A stretch of DNA of 64,000 nt from an uncultured cyanobacterium (GTDB lineage: Bacteria; Cyanobacteriota; Cyanobacteriia; Cyanobacteriales; CAWUOF01), in NCBI GenBank assembly GCA_963744145.1, contig CAVUSO010000001.1:7072001-7136000 (forward strand), read 5' to 3'. The translations under genes were made by a program, and so were the position numbers. Below are positions 42,770 to 53,701 of the stretch, in pieces. The notes under the pieces were generated by a model, which did no database searches, was not told the DNA's origin, and worked only from the letters and a program-made list of their open reading frames with translations. Every line of letters begins with the position of its first letter. Position 1 is the first letter of the stretch.

Positions 42770-42896
42770 GACCTAACCCCCCAACCCCCTTCCCTAAGAG
42801 GGAAGGGGGAGTAATTCAGATGGTTAAATTGATGGGAGATTTATGGGATTGATTCTTGCTCCCCTTTCCTTTGAGGAGAGGGGTTGGGGGAGAGGT
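42770..42896. repeat. Inverted pair of GC-rich REP-like palindromes (CCCCC.ACCCCT.CC...GG.AGGGG family)
   Basis: Two inverted units; a near-identical unit CTCCCCTTTCCTTT.AGGAGAGGGGTTGGGGGAGAGG recurs at about 58495-58538. Confidence 0.8.
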
Positions 42897-42937
42897 TAAA
42901 CAATTGTTTAGACAGGCTAAAACAGCTCTGATCCATC

Positions 42938-43564
42938 TTAACTAGGCTGAATTTGCTGACGAATTTTCTCACGAAACTCTAACAGTGCGGAGAGTGGATC
43001 AGGGTTTACCACATATTCAGCCAACATGGTTAAATCTAGATCGGGTAGTAACTCACTTTTGGGAATTTTTTTGTATTCTTCAGAACAAAGTTGATAAATG
43101 TCAAACTGATTATTCTGCCAGAACCAGATTTCTCTAATGTTAAGTTTTTTGTAAACCGCTAACTTATCTATACCACCCGATGTCAGCACTACCTCAATTG
43201 CCAGATCGGGAAGTTCCTTTTCCTCGTTTATACAGTAGCACTCGTCTGGTTCTGTACCGCCTTTCTTTTCTGGCTGACGAAAAGTCGTTGAACCTAATCC
43301 CCAGAATGGTGTGCGCGTTTCTTCAAAATACACTTCCAATAACCTGCTAATATTCTTCTTGCTGACTTCGTGACGACGACTGGGGGACATAATTTCTAGC
43401 ACTCCCTCCCCATAAGTCACCCGATACCGAGGACGATCGCCCAACTTTACCAGGATTTCCTCGTACTGTTCCCAGCTCACACTACTGGTAATAAATCTTT
43501 CTTCTGGGTCATCGGTAATCAGTTCTAGTTCATTGGCAATGTCTTTGAGCAAAAATACAGTCAT
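42938..43564 (-). CDS. Uma2-family endonuclease (DUF820)
   Basis: LEIMSPSRRHE, LGSTTF, EPDECY, PDLAIEVV, KLAVY..L.I.EIWFW. Confidence 0.9.
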   Translation of the reverse strand: MTVFLLKDIANELELITDDPEERFITSSVSWEQYEEILVKLGDRPRYRVTYGEGVLEIMSPSRRHEVSKKNISRLLEVYFEETRTPFWGLGSTTFRQPEKKGGTEPDECYCINEEKELPDLAIEVVLTSGGIDKLAVYKKLNIREIWFWQNNQFDIYQLCSEEYKKIPKSELLPDLDLTMLAEYVVNPDPLSALLEFREKIRQQIQPS

Positions 43565-44001
43565 TCCGCTTCCTGCTTAATCCTTTTGATCATAGCTCTT
43601 AAAAAACGACATAAAAATTATAAATAAAAAACTACACACAGATCCCCTAATATTCGCCAAAATAGATTGTAAGAGTAAAATGCTGCGAAACTTTTGAGTA
43701 AAGGCTATGCTGGTTCCGTGGACTAAAATTTTGCTAGACCAAGTTGGGAATAATGAATTAAAGGAGAACTCATTGCCCTAAAAGCGATCCGATCGCCCAT
43801 TTTAGGCAAATACCTCAGCCTCTCGCAGGGGTGATCTAAATTAGCTCTGCAAATACAAATATTTAGCTTGGTCGGAGTGATTCAGAGGTAAATACTCAAA
43901 TCATCCCATCACCAGAGATTTACAGACCATCAGGAAAGCTTCACCTAAAACTTGCTTTCCTCACGATCCAAACCAGTTTTTATATCCAGCGAGAAAAATA
44001 G

Positions 44002-46008
44002 ATGACTAACACCTCATCGCAACGACGAGCTCTTGTTGTCCAAAGTAATTTTTCCCCCTTCGGTAATAAGCTGATCCAATCAGGCTACATTAGCCCCGAT
44101 CAGATGCAGCAAGCCCAAGCCCAAAGCCGTAACGAAAAACGCCCTTTAACTGAAGTTTTAGAAGCAATTACTGGAAAACAACTACCTCCAGAATTGCAAC
44201 GTCAGTATAAAAAACAGCAATTATTTGAACTGAAAATTGTATACGGAGTTGAAGCTTTCGATCCGGAGATTAGTCAGATTTCCAATGAGCAAATTGGCCA
44301 ATTGCTCGAAACTTTATCCTTCACTATAGATACTTGTCGGCGGTATCTATTTTTACCATTAACTCAGCCAAATAGCGAACCACCTTCGACTTTAATTGCG
44401 ATGGTGAACCCGGATAATTTAGAAGCACAAGATGAATTAAACCGGGTATTACGTCCCAAAGGCTGGAGTTGGCAACGACGGGTAATTACCAGAGAAGATT
44501 ACGAACAACTAACTTCCGGTTATTTAGACGAACAACTTAAAATAGCAGCAGCTCAAAAGAAAGATGACGAGAGCCGTCGGTTCTCGGAGATCGCGATTGG
44601 AGATGATGGCGAATTAGAAGATGCACCGCTTGATGATAGTATGGACTTAGATAAAGCCATATCTGAATCAGAAGCATCTTCTACCCCGATCGTTGATGCT
44701 GTGAACAAAATCTTGGCGAAAGCTTTGTCAGAAAAAGTCTCCGATATCCACGTTGAACCCCAAGAAGAATTCATGCGGATTCGGATGCGTAAAGATGGGG
44801 TATTGCAAGAATATTTTACTCTACCTAAAAAAATAGTACCAGCCATTACCTCTCGGTTCAAAATCATTTCTGATATGGATATTGCCGAACGTAGACAAGC
44901 TCAGGATGGTCGGATTCGACGGGTATTCCAGGGACGGACAGTAGACTTCCGGGTCAATAGTTTACCAAGTCGCTATGGCGAAAAAATTGTTTTGCGGATT
45001 TTGGATAGTTCTAGCACCCAGTTGGGTTTGGATAAATTAATTTCTGATCCAGATACCCTGGCTTTAGTGCGAGAAACTGCTAGTCGTCCCTTCGGATTAA
45101 TTCTAGTAACTGGGCCAACAGGATCAGGAAAATCAACTAGTTTGTACTCCATCTTGGCAGAACGAAATGATCCAGGGGTGAATATTAGTACCGCAGAAGA
45201 CCCGATTGAATATGCTTTACCTGGTATCACCCAATGTCAAGTAATTCGAGATAAAAACTTGACCTTTTCCAATATCCTGCGGGCATTTTTGCGGCAAGAT
45301 CCAGATGTGCTACTAGTAGGAGAAACACGCGATAAAGAAACAGCAAAAACAGCCCTAGAAGCAGCGTTAACAGGACACTTAGTGTTAACCACCCTCCATA
45401 CTAATGATGCAGCAGGTGCGATCGCCCGTTTAGATGAAATGGGAGTTGAGCCATTCATGGTGTCAGCTGCACTATTAGGTGTATTGGCTCAACGTCTGAT
45501 GCGTCGAGTTTGCGATCAGTGTCGAATTGCTTATACTCCCACTTCAGACGAACTCGCCCACTTTGGTCTGTCTGCTTCAAAGGAAGCAGATATAACCTTT
45601 TATAAAGCCAATACAATACCCCCCGATCAGCGCAAAGCAGCCGATCGCCATAGTCTGTGCGAAAAATGTGGTGGACTTGGCTACAAAGGTCGTGTAGGTG
45701 TCTATGAATTCCTGAAAGTAACGGAACGACTGCAAGGCTTAATCGCTCAAGGTGCAAATACAGAGCGGATTAAAGAAGCGGCAGTAGAAGAAGGGATGGT
45801 AACATTGCTAGCCTACAGCTTAAACCTAGTTCGCCAAGGTCACACTACCCTGGAAGAGGTAGAACGGGTTACTTTTACCGATACTGGGTTAGAAGCAGAA
45901 ATAAAAGCCAAACGCAAAAGCAGTCTTACTTGTCTGACTTGTGGTGCCGGATTACAACAAGAATGGATAGATTGTCCTTATTGCCTAACAGTTCGTTATA
46001 TAGACTAA
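44002..46008 (+). CDS. pilB: Type IV pilus assembly ATPase PilB
   Basis: SDIHVEP, GPTGSGKSTSLY, LRQDPDVLLVGETRD, cyanobacterial C-terminal Cys motif CLTC...CPYC. Confidence 0.95.
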   Translation: MTNTSSQRRALVVQSNFSPFGNKLIQSGYISPDQMQQAQAQSRNEKRPLTEVLEAITGKQLPPELQRQYKKQQLFELKIVYGVEAFDPEISQISNEQIGQLLETLSFTIDTCRRYLFLPLTQPNSEPPSTLIAMVNPDNLEAQDELNRVLRPKGWSWQRRVITREDYEQLTSGYLDEQLKIAAAQKKDDESRRFSEIAIGDDGELEDAPLDDSMDLDKAISESEASSTPIVDAVNKILAKALSEKVSDIHVEPQEEFMRIRMRKDGVLQEYFTLPKKIVPAITSRFKIISDMDIAERRQAQDGRIRRVFQGRTVDFRVNSLPSRYGEKIVLRILDSSSTQLGLDKLISDPDTLALVRETASRPFGLILVTGPTGSGKSTSLYSILAERNDPGVNISTAEDPIEYALPGITQCQVIRDKNLTFSNILRAFLRQDPDVLLVGETRDKETAKTALEAALTGHLVLTTLHTNDAAGAIARLDEMGVEPFMVSAALLGVLAQRLMRRVCDQCRIAYTPTSDELAHFGLSASKEADITFYKANTIPPDQRKAADRHSLCEKCGGLGYKGRVGVYEFLKVTERLQGLIAQGANTERIKEAAVEEGMVTLLAYSLNLVRQGHTTLEEVERVTFTDTGLEAEIKAKRKSSLTCLTCGAGLQQEWIDCPYCLTVRYID

Positions 46009-46045
46009 AAGACATAGCACAATTTTTGATTAAGGAGAAACATCG

Positions 46046-47161
46046 ATGGCTGATTTGATGATTGAAGACATTTTGGAAGCCTTAGTCGAAAAAGGCGGAT
46101 CAGACGTACACATTCAAGCTGGTGCCCCTGTCTATTTCCGGGTGAGTGGAAAATTAACCCCCCAACCACAATTTGGTGAAAATTTTCCACCAGATCAATG
46201 TCAAAGACTGATCTTCCAAATGCTCAACAATTCCCAAAGGAAAGACTTAGAACAAAATTGGGAACTAGATAGCTCTTATGGTGTCAAGGGGTTAGCTCGT
46301 TTCCGTCTCAATGTTTATCGGGAAAGAGGATGCTGGGCAGCTTGTATGCGGGCTTTATCCTCGAAAATTCCTAACTTTGATGTGTTAGGTCTACCAAACA
46401 TTGTGCGGGAAGCAACAGAAAGACCAAGGGGAATGGTATTGGTAACTGGACAAACTGGGTCTGGTAAAACCACCACCATGGCAGCGATGATCGATTTAGT
46501 TAATCGGACTCGTGCTGAACATATTCTCACCGTAGAAGATCCGATCGAATATGTTTTCCCCAATGTCAAAAGTTTGGTTCACCAACGTCAAAAAGGTGAA
46601 GATACTAAGAGTTTTTCTAATGCACTTAAAGGTGCCTTGCGTCAAGACCCAGATATCATTCTGGTTGGAGAAATGCGAGACTTAGAAACCATTAGTCTAG
46701 CAATGTCTGCTGCGGAAACGGGTCACTTGGTATTTGGGACTCTGCACACCAACTCAGCATCAGGAACCATTGACCGGATTCTGGACGTATTTCCCCCGAT
46801 TCAACAACCGCAAATCCGGGCAATGATGTCTAACTCATTAGTAGCAGTTTTCAGTCAATGTTTAGTGTCAAAAGCCAATCCTAAACCAGGAGAATATGGT
46901 CGGGTCATGGCTCAGGAAATTATGATCAATACCCCAGCGATCGCGAACTTAATTCGTGAAGGTAAAACCACTCAAATTTATTCCTCAATTCAGATGGGGG
47001 CTAAAGTTGGGATGCAAACGATGGAAATGGCTTTAGCAGGATTCTATAAAAAGGGATTAATTTCCTATGAAGCGGGAATGAGTAAGTCTTCTCGACCTGA
47101 TGAATTAGCTCGTTTGATCGGTCCAGCACCAGACGGAGTTCCGGCTAAAGCAGCTCACTAA
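46046..47161 (+). CDS. pilT: Type IV pilus retraction ATPase PilT
   Basis: GQTGSGKTTT, EDPIEY, ALRQDPDIILVGEMRD, AIANLIREGK. Confidence 0.95.
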   Translation: MADLMIEDILEALVEKGGSDVHIQAGAPVYFRVSGKLTPQPQFGENFPPDQCQRLIFQMLNNSQRKDLEQNWELDSSYGVKGLARFRLNVYRERGCWAACMRALSSKIPNFDVLGLPNIVREATERPRGMVLVTGQTGSGKTTTMAAMIDLVNRTRAEHILTVEDPIEYVFPNVKSLVHQRQKGEDTKSFSNALKGALRQDPDIILVGEMRDLETISLAMSAAETGHLVFGTLHTNSASGTIDRILDVFPPIQQPQIRAMMSNSLVAVFSQCLVSKANPKPGEYGRVMAQEIMINTPAIANLIREGKTTQIYSSIQMGAKVGMQTMEMALAGFYKKGLISYEAGMSKSSRPDELARLIGPAPDGVPAKAAH

Positions 47162-47311
47162 AGCAGGTGTTAAGGGTGAGGTGTCAGAGATCAGATTTGA
47201 GGTTTCAGGATTGTTTTCTTTGACCATAAAACCTGATTCCTGGCATCGGAAATTTTTTCCTATCATCTGACACCTATTAATAATTTACTAGCATTAATTT
47301 AGAGGTAATTT

Positions 47312-48454
47312 ATGGTTGCAGATGCTAAAATGAAAAAAAAAGGTTTTGATTTCAATGAACTTCAAGACCAGATTAATTGCGCGATGTCCCCGGTGACAAT
47401 TAAGGATTTATCGATTTTTTCGCGCCAATTTGCTGCGATGTTTAATGCTGGCGTAGCAATGATTAGATGTCTTCAGGTATTAACTGAACAATGTCCTAAT
47501 CCGAAGTTAAGAAGAGCATTAATTCAAATTAGTGCTGAAGTCCAAGAGGGAACAAATTTATCTGAAGCAATGCGAAAACATACGGATTGCTTTGATGTAC
47601 TTTTTATCAGTATGGTGGCAGCAGGAGAGGTCGGTGGGGTGCTAGATGAAGTGCTGAACCGAACTGCAAAAATGATGGAAGATGCCGCTAGACTAGAAAA
47701 CGAATTAAAATCAGCGATGTCTTATCCAAAAACTGTTGGTGGGATTGCTGTGGTGATTTTTTTAGGAATGACAATTTTTCTACTCCCAACTTTTACCGGG
47801 ATTTTTGAACAACTAAAAGTGGAACTACCTCCCTTCACTCAAGCGATGATGAATATCAGTGAATTTCTCAGAGGTCCATTTTTACCACCCCCCAAACAGG
47901 GTTATGGAATCGTATTTTTTGTAGCTGGTTTGTTTGGAGCAAAACAACTCTATGAGATGTACTACAAAACACCAATGGGTCGGGTCCAAATTGATGGAAT
48001 ATTGTTGAAAATGCCGATTTTTGGAGATTTAATTGAAAAGACGGCGATCGCCCGTTTTTGTAACGTTTTTGGTACTTTAACTCGTTCCGGAGTGCCGATT
48101 TTAAACTCCTTAGAAATTGTGCGTGAAACCGCAGGAAACCAAGTAATTGCTAATGCAGTTGATGCGGTGCGTACTGATATTCAAAGTGGGGGGATGATTA
48201 GTACAACGATGAAACGAGAAGGAGTTTTCCCAGCTCTAGCGATTCAAATGATTGCGATCGGTGAAGAGACTGGGGAATTAGACAAAATGTTGATGAAAGT
48301 TGGTTCTTTTTATGAAGATGAAGTAGAACAGGCAATTAAAGGACTTACCAGTATGTTGGAACCATTGATGATTGTAGTCATCGGGGGGATGGTAGGTTCA
48401 ATTCTGCTTTCGATGTATCTACCAATTTTCAAAGTTATGGATGCGATCAAGTAG
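47312..48454 (+). CDS. pilC: Type IV pilus platform protein PilC (T2SS F family)
   Basis: FSRQFAAMFNAGV, GEVGGVLDEVL, IGEETGELDKML, LEPLMIV. Confidence 0.93.
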   Translation: MVADAKMKKKGFDFNELQDQINCAMSPVTIKDLSIFSRQFAAMFNAGVAMIRCLQVLTEQCPNPKLRRALIQISAEVQEGTNLSEAMRKHTDCFDVLFISMVAAGEVGGVLDEVLNRTAKMMEDAARLENELKSAMSYPKTVGGIAVVIFLGMTIFLLPTFTGIFEQLKVELPPFTQAMMNISEFLRGPFLPPPKQGYGIVFFVAGLFGAKQLYEMYYKTPMGRVQIDGILLKMPIFGDLIEKTAIARFCNVFGTLTRSGVPILNSLEIVRETAGNQVIANAVDAVRTDIQSGGMISTTMKREGVFPALAIQMIAIGEETGELDKMLMKVGSFYEDEVEQAIKGLTSMLEPLMIVVIGGMVGSILLSMYLPIFKVMDAIK

Positions 48455-48462
48455 ATGAAGAC

Positions 48463-48490
48463 ATATCCGAAAATGTCTATTTTCGGATAT
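48463..48490 (+). terminator. Hairpin after pilC
   Basis: ATATCCGAAAAT-GTCT-ATTTTCGGATAT perfect 12-bp stem. Confidence 0.55.
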
Positions 48491-48616
48491 ATAGCAATCT
48501 GTGAAATTGTCCTCTCTTCTTCTCGGTATTAGAGATTAAATGTAGGGGTATATAGCTTGTCCACGCCAAAAATCCTGCGCTCTGATGTAACCAATTAGAA
48601 ACTAAAACACAGAACT

Positions 48617-49246
48617 ATGTCTGTTAAAAAAATGGACTACGAAGAATTACTAACCCAATATAGCAGTCCTGAAGCTGTGACCAAATTACTGAGGTTATAT
48701 CGTCCCTATTTAGAAATGATTCCCAGTATGCGTCGTCCTCATGAGAGCATAATTGCAATTCCTTTACCAACAGTCAGAATTACTCCTCCTTTAACATGGC
48801 AAAGTTCGCTAACATCGCAATCAGGATCTAAAGAAACAGATAAATCTGGTAGAGCTGCCACAATCCTACCTTGCGATGTAGGAATTTTGATGTGTGATCC
48901 AGAATGGAAAGTAAAACTAGAACCAGAAATTTTGGTTTTCATCCAACGTCCTAAAGAAGATTTTTATGAATTTATCAGTCGATGGCGTCAGACTCAAGTA
49001 TTTTTAGATAAAAGCTATGAGTGGATTATGCCTTTGCGTTATAAACATATTTATGGTGAAGGAGCAGAAAAAGCTTATCCTTTATTTGTTGTTTTTGAAA
49101 AAACTCCAGAACGAATTAAGCGCGGTTTAAAAGGAGCTGGGTTACCTTTTGTTGTTCATGCTTTAGAGCCAGAAATTGAAGCAAAACAAGAATTACCAAC
49201 TGAAATTGCCGAAGCGTTTGAAGAAGAAATGCCCGCTAATGAATAA
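48617..49246 (+). CDS. Conserved cyanobacterial hypothetical protein
   Basis: YRPYLEMIPSMRRP.ES, LPCDVGILMCDPEWKVK, RWRQTQV.L. Confidence 0.75.
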   Translation: MSVKKMDYEELLTQYSSPEAVTKLLRLYRPYLEMIPSMRRPHESIIAIPLPTVRITPPLTWQSSLTSQSGSKETDKSGRAATILPCDVGILMCDPEWKVKLEPEILVFIQRPKEDFYEFISRWRQTQVFLDKSYEWIMPLRYKHIYGEGAEKAYPLFVVFEKTPERIKRGLKGAGLPFVVHALEPEIEAKQELPTEIAEAFEEEMPANE

Positions 49247-49283
49247 TAGGTTGGGGCGAAAATCATCGCCCCTGATTTAACAA

Positions 49284-50300
49284 CTATTTGACAAACTGAG
49301 GCATAATTTCTGCTGCTGTAAATAAACCGTAAATTCCTCGACGATGTAAGGATATACCAGCTTTGAGATAACCAAAAGCAGGTCCACAAACATTAGCAGC
49401 CATACTGGTTTCATCACCGAGAGTGAAGGTATGAGTAGAAATTTTGCCCTCAAAGGTGCGACCGGTGACCTGAACATTAGTGCTAAGTGGTTTTTTCGCA
49501 TTACGGGTATCCACAATTCCCCCAACTGTTACCCGATCGCGATCGCAAATTCCCGCTAACTCTAACATTAAGTCATCGGCGTGTTCCATATTCTCTAAAG
49601 TGATTAAACCGTTAGTAGTATCTAGTAAGGCTGCTACTTCAGCATCACTCATAGCTCGAGCTTTTTCCACATTGTAACCGGGTAAATGGGCGATATCTTC
49701 GCGGATTGTGGCTCGATAAGCTTCCCAATTAGCAATTCCGACCCCAAAGGTAATTTTCACACTATGAATTTCCGCATAACTTTGAGCTGCGATCGCTGCT
49801 GCTGCGGTTAATAATCCGGGAGTTGCTCCACAACCAGTCATGTAAGTAATTTCTGCTGTTTGGAGTTCGTCTTTTAACTCTAGGAGTAATTCTAGAGCGC
49901 TAGTTCGTTTGATCGCATCCACTAATACCCCTTTCCAACCCGATTGGATCAACTCACGGGCAACAGAAGCCATAAAATTATTAGGTAAATTGGGTAAAGC
50001 GAGGAAATATCCATCGACTTGGGTAGGTGGTGAGATGAGTTCGGTAATACTGCGATCGGTAATTTTCCCTCCTGATGCTAAATATCCTAAAGATCCTTGA
50101 GCTTTATAAGTAGCAATACAGGAATCCGGATTTAGCCCTTGACTATCATACACATAACCTTTTTGATCGGCGGCGGCTACCCAAATCATTTCTTGTTTAG
50201 GTGTAATCAGCTTCGCTGCTGCTTGTCCCAGCCCACCAAAACCGAGTATTCCAACTCGAATCGAACTATTGACTTGATTGAGAATTTGCTTGGCACTCAT
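49284..50300 (-). CDS. bioU: BioU, suicide enzyme of biotin synthesis that replaces BioA
   Basis: Rossmann [46 protein letters not shown]. Confidence 0.85.
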   Translation of the reverse strand: MSAKQILNQVNSSIRVGILGFGGLGQAAAKLITPKQEMIWVAAADQKGYVYDSQGLNPDSCIATYKAQGSLGYLASGGKITDRSITELISPPTQVDGYFLALPNLPNNFMASVARELIQSGWKGVLVDAIKRTSALELLLELKDELQTAEITYMTGCGATPGLLTAAAAIAAQSYAEIHSVKITFGVGIANWEAYRATIREDIAHLPGYNVEKARAMSDAEVAALLDTTNGLITLENMEHADDLMLELAGICDRDRVTVGGIVDTRNAKKPLSTNVQVTGRTFEGKISTHTFTLGDETSMAANVCGPAFGYLKAGISLHRRGIYGLFTAAEIMPQFVK

Positions 50301-50473
50301 TACTTAATTATTGCTCATTTTTCTTGATCGATTTTAGGTCAATTGAGCAGATATCAGCGCGTAATACCAGTTTGATAAATTGACCCTACAGATCATACAG
50401 CAGACCTATTTATGAAGTCCAGTAGTGTGAGCGGTGGGGTCAGGTTAACCCAAATACTCCAGCGATCGGATAG

Positions 50474-52462
50474 CTATTTAGTTTTAGATTCAACGGTGAC
50501 TCCCCAAGTATCTAAGGTCGTCCCTAGGGATTGATCGAGATTGGTCAAAGCGTTAAGATAAGTAATTTTAGCAACAAGTTCGTTAATTTTAGCTGTTACT
50601 AAAGCATCTTGATAAGTAACAATTTGAAAAAGGCTAGTAGAAGTTAGTCCTAATTTGTGTTTTTCTTCTTCGTTCTCTAATTGTTTTTCTGATGATTCCC
50701 GTGCTTGTCGAGTAAGTTCCACTTGTTGAAGACTCGAATTCACATTTCTGACGCTATTAGTTATTTCAATATCTATATTTTCCTGCAACTGGGCTAACTT
50801 GTTCTCTGATTCCAATAAATTGACTCGGTTACGTTGAAAGCTGTCTTCCACTGCATAATTATTGCCAAAGGTTCGACTCAATGTAAATTTTGCTTGTAAA
50901 GCTGCGGTTCCTACTTGTGCAGTACCATTCATATTGCCATAACTCGCATTAAAATCTAAATTCCAGCGTCGATTATCTGCTGCTATTAATAGGTTATATT
51001 TGTTCATATCATGGGTAAATTTTTGCTGTAAATAATCTGGTCGATTTTCAAAAGCTAGCTGTTTTAATCTATTTACATCTAAAGATTTTGCGGTGATGGT
51101 GAGATTTTCGATTGGGATAATATTAAGATTACGTTCAATATTCAGAAGATTGAGAAGTTGTAGTCTGGCTGTATCAAGAGCATCTTCTGCACTTAATAAA
51201 CTTGCTTTTTGGTTAGCAACATTAGTTTCATTTTGAACCAGATCAACTCGTGCTGATTTTCCTGCTTCAATAAAAGCCTGAGTAATTTCTAATAATTTCT
51301 GAGCACTAGCTAAGGAAATGCGCTGGATTTCTGCTTGTTGTTGGGCTTGAATTAAAGTTCTATAAGCTACAATAGCGTTAGTAATAGTGGTGATTAGGGT
51401 TGATTTTAAACCTTGAATGTTAGCGCGTTCAGTAAGTCGAGCAATGGCAATAGATGCTTGGTTGATATTAGCACCAAATCCTTGTAATAGGGGTTGATTA
51501 AAAGCTACCTGAAAAGCTTGATTGACGTTACCTTGGGTGATGAGATTACCAGACCCATTTGTCGTTGGTGATTGTCCTATTCCGGTCCAGCTAAAATCAA
51601 ATTCTCCACCCGTAGGAATCTTGACAGCAACTGTTGCTCCTACTCCGATTTGGCTAGAATTTGAGCTACTATAACCAACATCTTGTCGATTAATTGAAGC
51701 TGAGATACTAGGGATAATGCTAGGAACATATTTACTTTCTGCGACGCTGAGGTCTGCTCTTTGTGCTATTCTCTCTAAATAAGCAGTTTTGATATCTCTA
51801 TTATTTGCTAAAGCTAAAGTTACTACGTCAGCAAGGGTTAATTTGATTCCCTGTTGAGGTGGAACTAGAACTGATTTGTCTGGTGCTACACTAGGTTGAG
51901 GTGTGACTGGAACTGATTTGTCTGGTGCTATACTAGGTTGAGGTGTGATTGGAACTGATTTGTCTGGTGCTATACTAGGTTGAGGTGTGATTGGAATTGG
52001 TTGATCTGGTGCTACAGTAGGTTGAGGTGTGACTGGCTCTAGATTACTTACTAATAAATGTTTTGATGGTTGATTAACGGTAATTAATTGTTTGTTGTCA
52101 GAGTCGCGATCGCTTTGAGCCAAAATCACTGGTTGAGCCGTTAATCGATGATCAGTCAATTTTTCGACTTTATGACTAGATGGAGCCAGATCAGTAGTTG
52201 TTTGTTGATGATCTAAATCTAGAGATGAATTAATATTTGCTGATAATGCCCCTAGTAAAGATTTTTCTGGTAATAAGGTTTCAGCGCTAGCTTTAGCAGC
52301 AAATTTTAGATGGGATTTAAACAGAAAAGTAAAAATAGACAAAATACTGACTATCACACTAATTATCGCGATCGCTTTGATCACACTCACCCCGACAGGT
52401 TGAAAAAAGCGATCGCGTTGAACTTTTATTTTTTGGGGAGAACTTGGTGGTAACTCTGGCAT
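50474..52462 (-). CDS. TolC-family outer-membrane efflux protein with long Pro-rich N-terminal extension
   Basis: LTLADVVTLALANNRDIK, FNQPLLQGFG, AFENRPDY, LDQSLGTTL. Confidence 0.88.
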   Translation of the reverse strand: MPELPPSSPQKIKVQRDRFFQPVGVSVIKAIAIISVIVSILSIFTFLFKSHLKFAAKASAETLLPEKSLLGALSANINSSLDLDHQQTTTDLAPSSHKVEKLTDHRLTAQPVILAQSDRDSDNKQLITVNQPSKHLLVSNLEPVTPQPTVAPDQPIPITPQPSIAPDKSVPITPQPSIAPDKSVPVTPQPSVAPDKSVLVPPQQGIKLTLADVVTLALANNRDIKTAYLERIAQRADLSVAESKYVPSIIPSISASINRQDVGYSSSNSSQIGVGATVAVKIPTGGEFDFSWTGIGQSPTTNGSGNLITQGNVNQAFQVAFNQPLLQGFGANINQASIAIARLTERANIQGLKSTLITTITNAIVAYRTLIQAQQQAEIQRISLASAQKLLEITQAFIEAGKSARVDLVQNETNVANQKASLLSAEDALDTARLQLLNLLNIERNLNIIPIENLTITAKSLDVNRLKQLAFENRPDYLQQKFTHDMNKYNLLIAADNRRWNLDFNASYGNMNGTAQVGTAALQAKFTLSRTFGNNYAVEDSFQRNRVNLLESENKLAQLQENIDIEITNSVRNVNSSLQQVELTRQARESSEKQLENEEEKHKLGLTSTSLFQIVTYQDALVTAKINELVAKITYLNALTNLDQSLGTTLDTWGVTVESKTK
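51853..52038 (-). repeat. 42-bp (14-aa VPITPQPSIAPDKS) intragenic tandem repeat, about 4.5 copies
   Basis: 42-bp period seen directly (GGTTGAGGTGTGA at 51894, 51936, 51978, 52020). Confidence 0.9.
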
Positions 52463-52496
52463 AATTACTAAAATTCCCTGATTCTAATAAGTCCAT

Positions 52497-53672
52497 TTAT
52501 GAACTACGCAAAGCTTTAACCGGATCGAGCTGACTAGCACGGAGAGCAGGTAGAAATCCAGACCCCACACCCACCAGTAGTGCTGAACCCAAAGATATGG
52601 TAGCAGTTCCCATATCAAAATGATAGGGTAATTTAAAAGTATCAGATACGACAATGGTCAAACCATGCACAACAATAATAGCAGCCAAACCACCGAATAA
52701 ACTTAAAATAGCTGCTTCTAGAATAAATTGGAACAGGACATCCTGCTGAGTTGCTCCGATCGCAATTCGTAAACCAATTTCTGGAGTACGTTCAATCACT
52801 GCGGCAATGGTAATATTAGCAATACCGACACCACCAACCAATAGGGAAATTGCACCTACTACGGTCAAAGCTCGCGATGCTAATACTAGAGTTTCTCGTT
52901 GTTCAAGAATATCTTTGATATTCTTGAAAATCAATATCTCTGCACCAGGAAACCGCTGTAACAACAGTTTTTTTACCTGCTCTTCGAGTTTGTTCAAATC
53001 TTCTAAATTGTATGGCCTTATTTCAATTGGATTGATCCAACGTCTACCGGTCATTGCAGTAAGGAGGGATAGTGGTACTAACATTTGTCCGCGAGGTTTA
53101 TCGTCTTTATAGAGCAACTTAGTTTCCATAACTCCTACAACAATATAGAGTCTACCGTCAGCATAAATCCGCTGATTGATGGGATTTTGTTGATTAAAAA
53201 GTTGCTCAGATAGCAATTCATCAATAATCACTACGGGTCGATAATTACTAAAATCAGCCTTATTTAAAAATCGTCCTTTTAGAATTAACCTACCTGAAGT
53301 AATTAAATAATTTTCAGAAACAGCAGTGATATCAAGATCAGCCGCTTTATCTTGAAATTTAATTTGATTGGCGGGAAACCAAGTAGAGGTACTCATTGCT
53401 TGCACACCCACTAACCGTCGTTTTAACCATTCCATGTCTTCTAACATCAGCTTTCTACTATCTTTAAACCATACATAAACTGTAACTCTCGGAGCTTCCC
53501 GTTTAGCTAATTGCTGTGCAATCACACTGCTACTAATATTACCAACTTGCAAAGTCGCATTCACCGCAGCCACCCCCATGAATACTCCCACCGTAGTAAG
53601 AACAGAGCGTAAAGGATTACCGCGCAGAGAATCCCAAGTAAGAGTTAGTAAATCTAAAACTGCTAGACTCAT
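52497..53672 (-). CDS. MacB/FtsX-like ABC permease (no fused ATPase)
   Basis: NPLRSVLTTVGVFMGVAAV, ISLLVGGVGIANI..AAVIERTPEIGLRIAIGA, PALRASQLDPVKALRS. Confidence 0.9.
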   Translation of the reverse strand: MSLAVLDLLTLTWDSLRGNPLRSVLTTVGVFMGVAAVNATLQVGNISSSVIAQQLAKREAPRVTVYVWFKDSRKLMLEDMEWLKRRLVGVQAMSTSTWFPANQIKFQDKAADLDITAVSENYLITSGRLILKGRFLNKADFSNYRPVVIIDELLSEQLFNQQNPINQRIYADGRLYIVVGVMETKLLYKDDKPRGQMLVPLSLLTAMTGRRWINPIEIRPYNLEDLNKLEEQVKKLLLQRFPGAEILIFKNIKDILEQRETLVLASRALTVVGAISLLVGGVGIANITIAAVIERTPEIGLRIAIGATQQDVLFQFILEAAILSLFGGLAAIIVVHGLTIVVSDTFKLPYHFDMGTATISLGSALLVGVGSGFLPALRASQLDPVKALRSS

Positions 53673-53701
53673 AATTTAGATCCGGAGCATTAAATAATTT
53701 T

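Noticed and set aside
49284..50300. bioU as a tailoring oxidoreductase of the peptide cluster
   Set aside because: It is co-oriented, but its motifs match the housekeeping biotin enzyme BioU and it is separated from tolC by a gap of about 170 bp.
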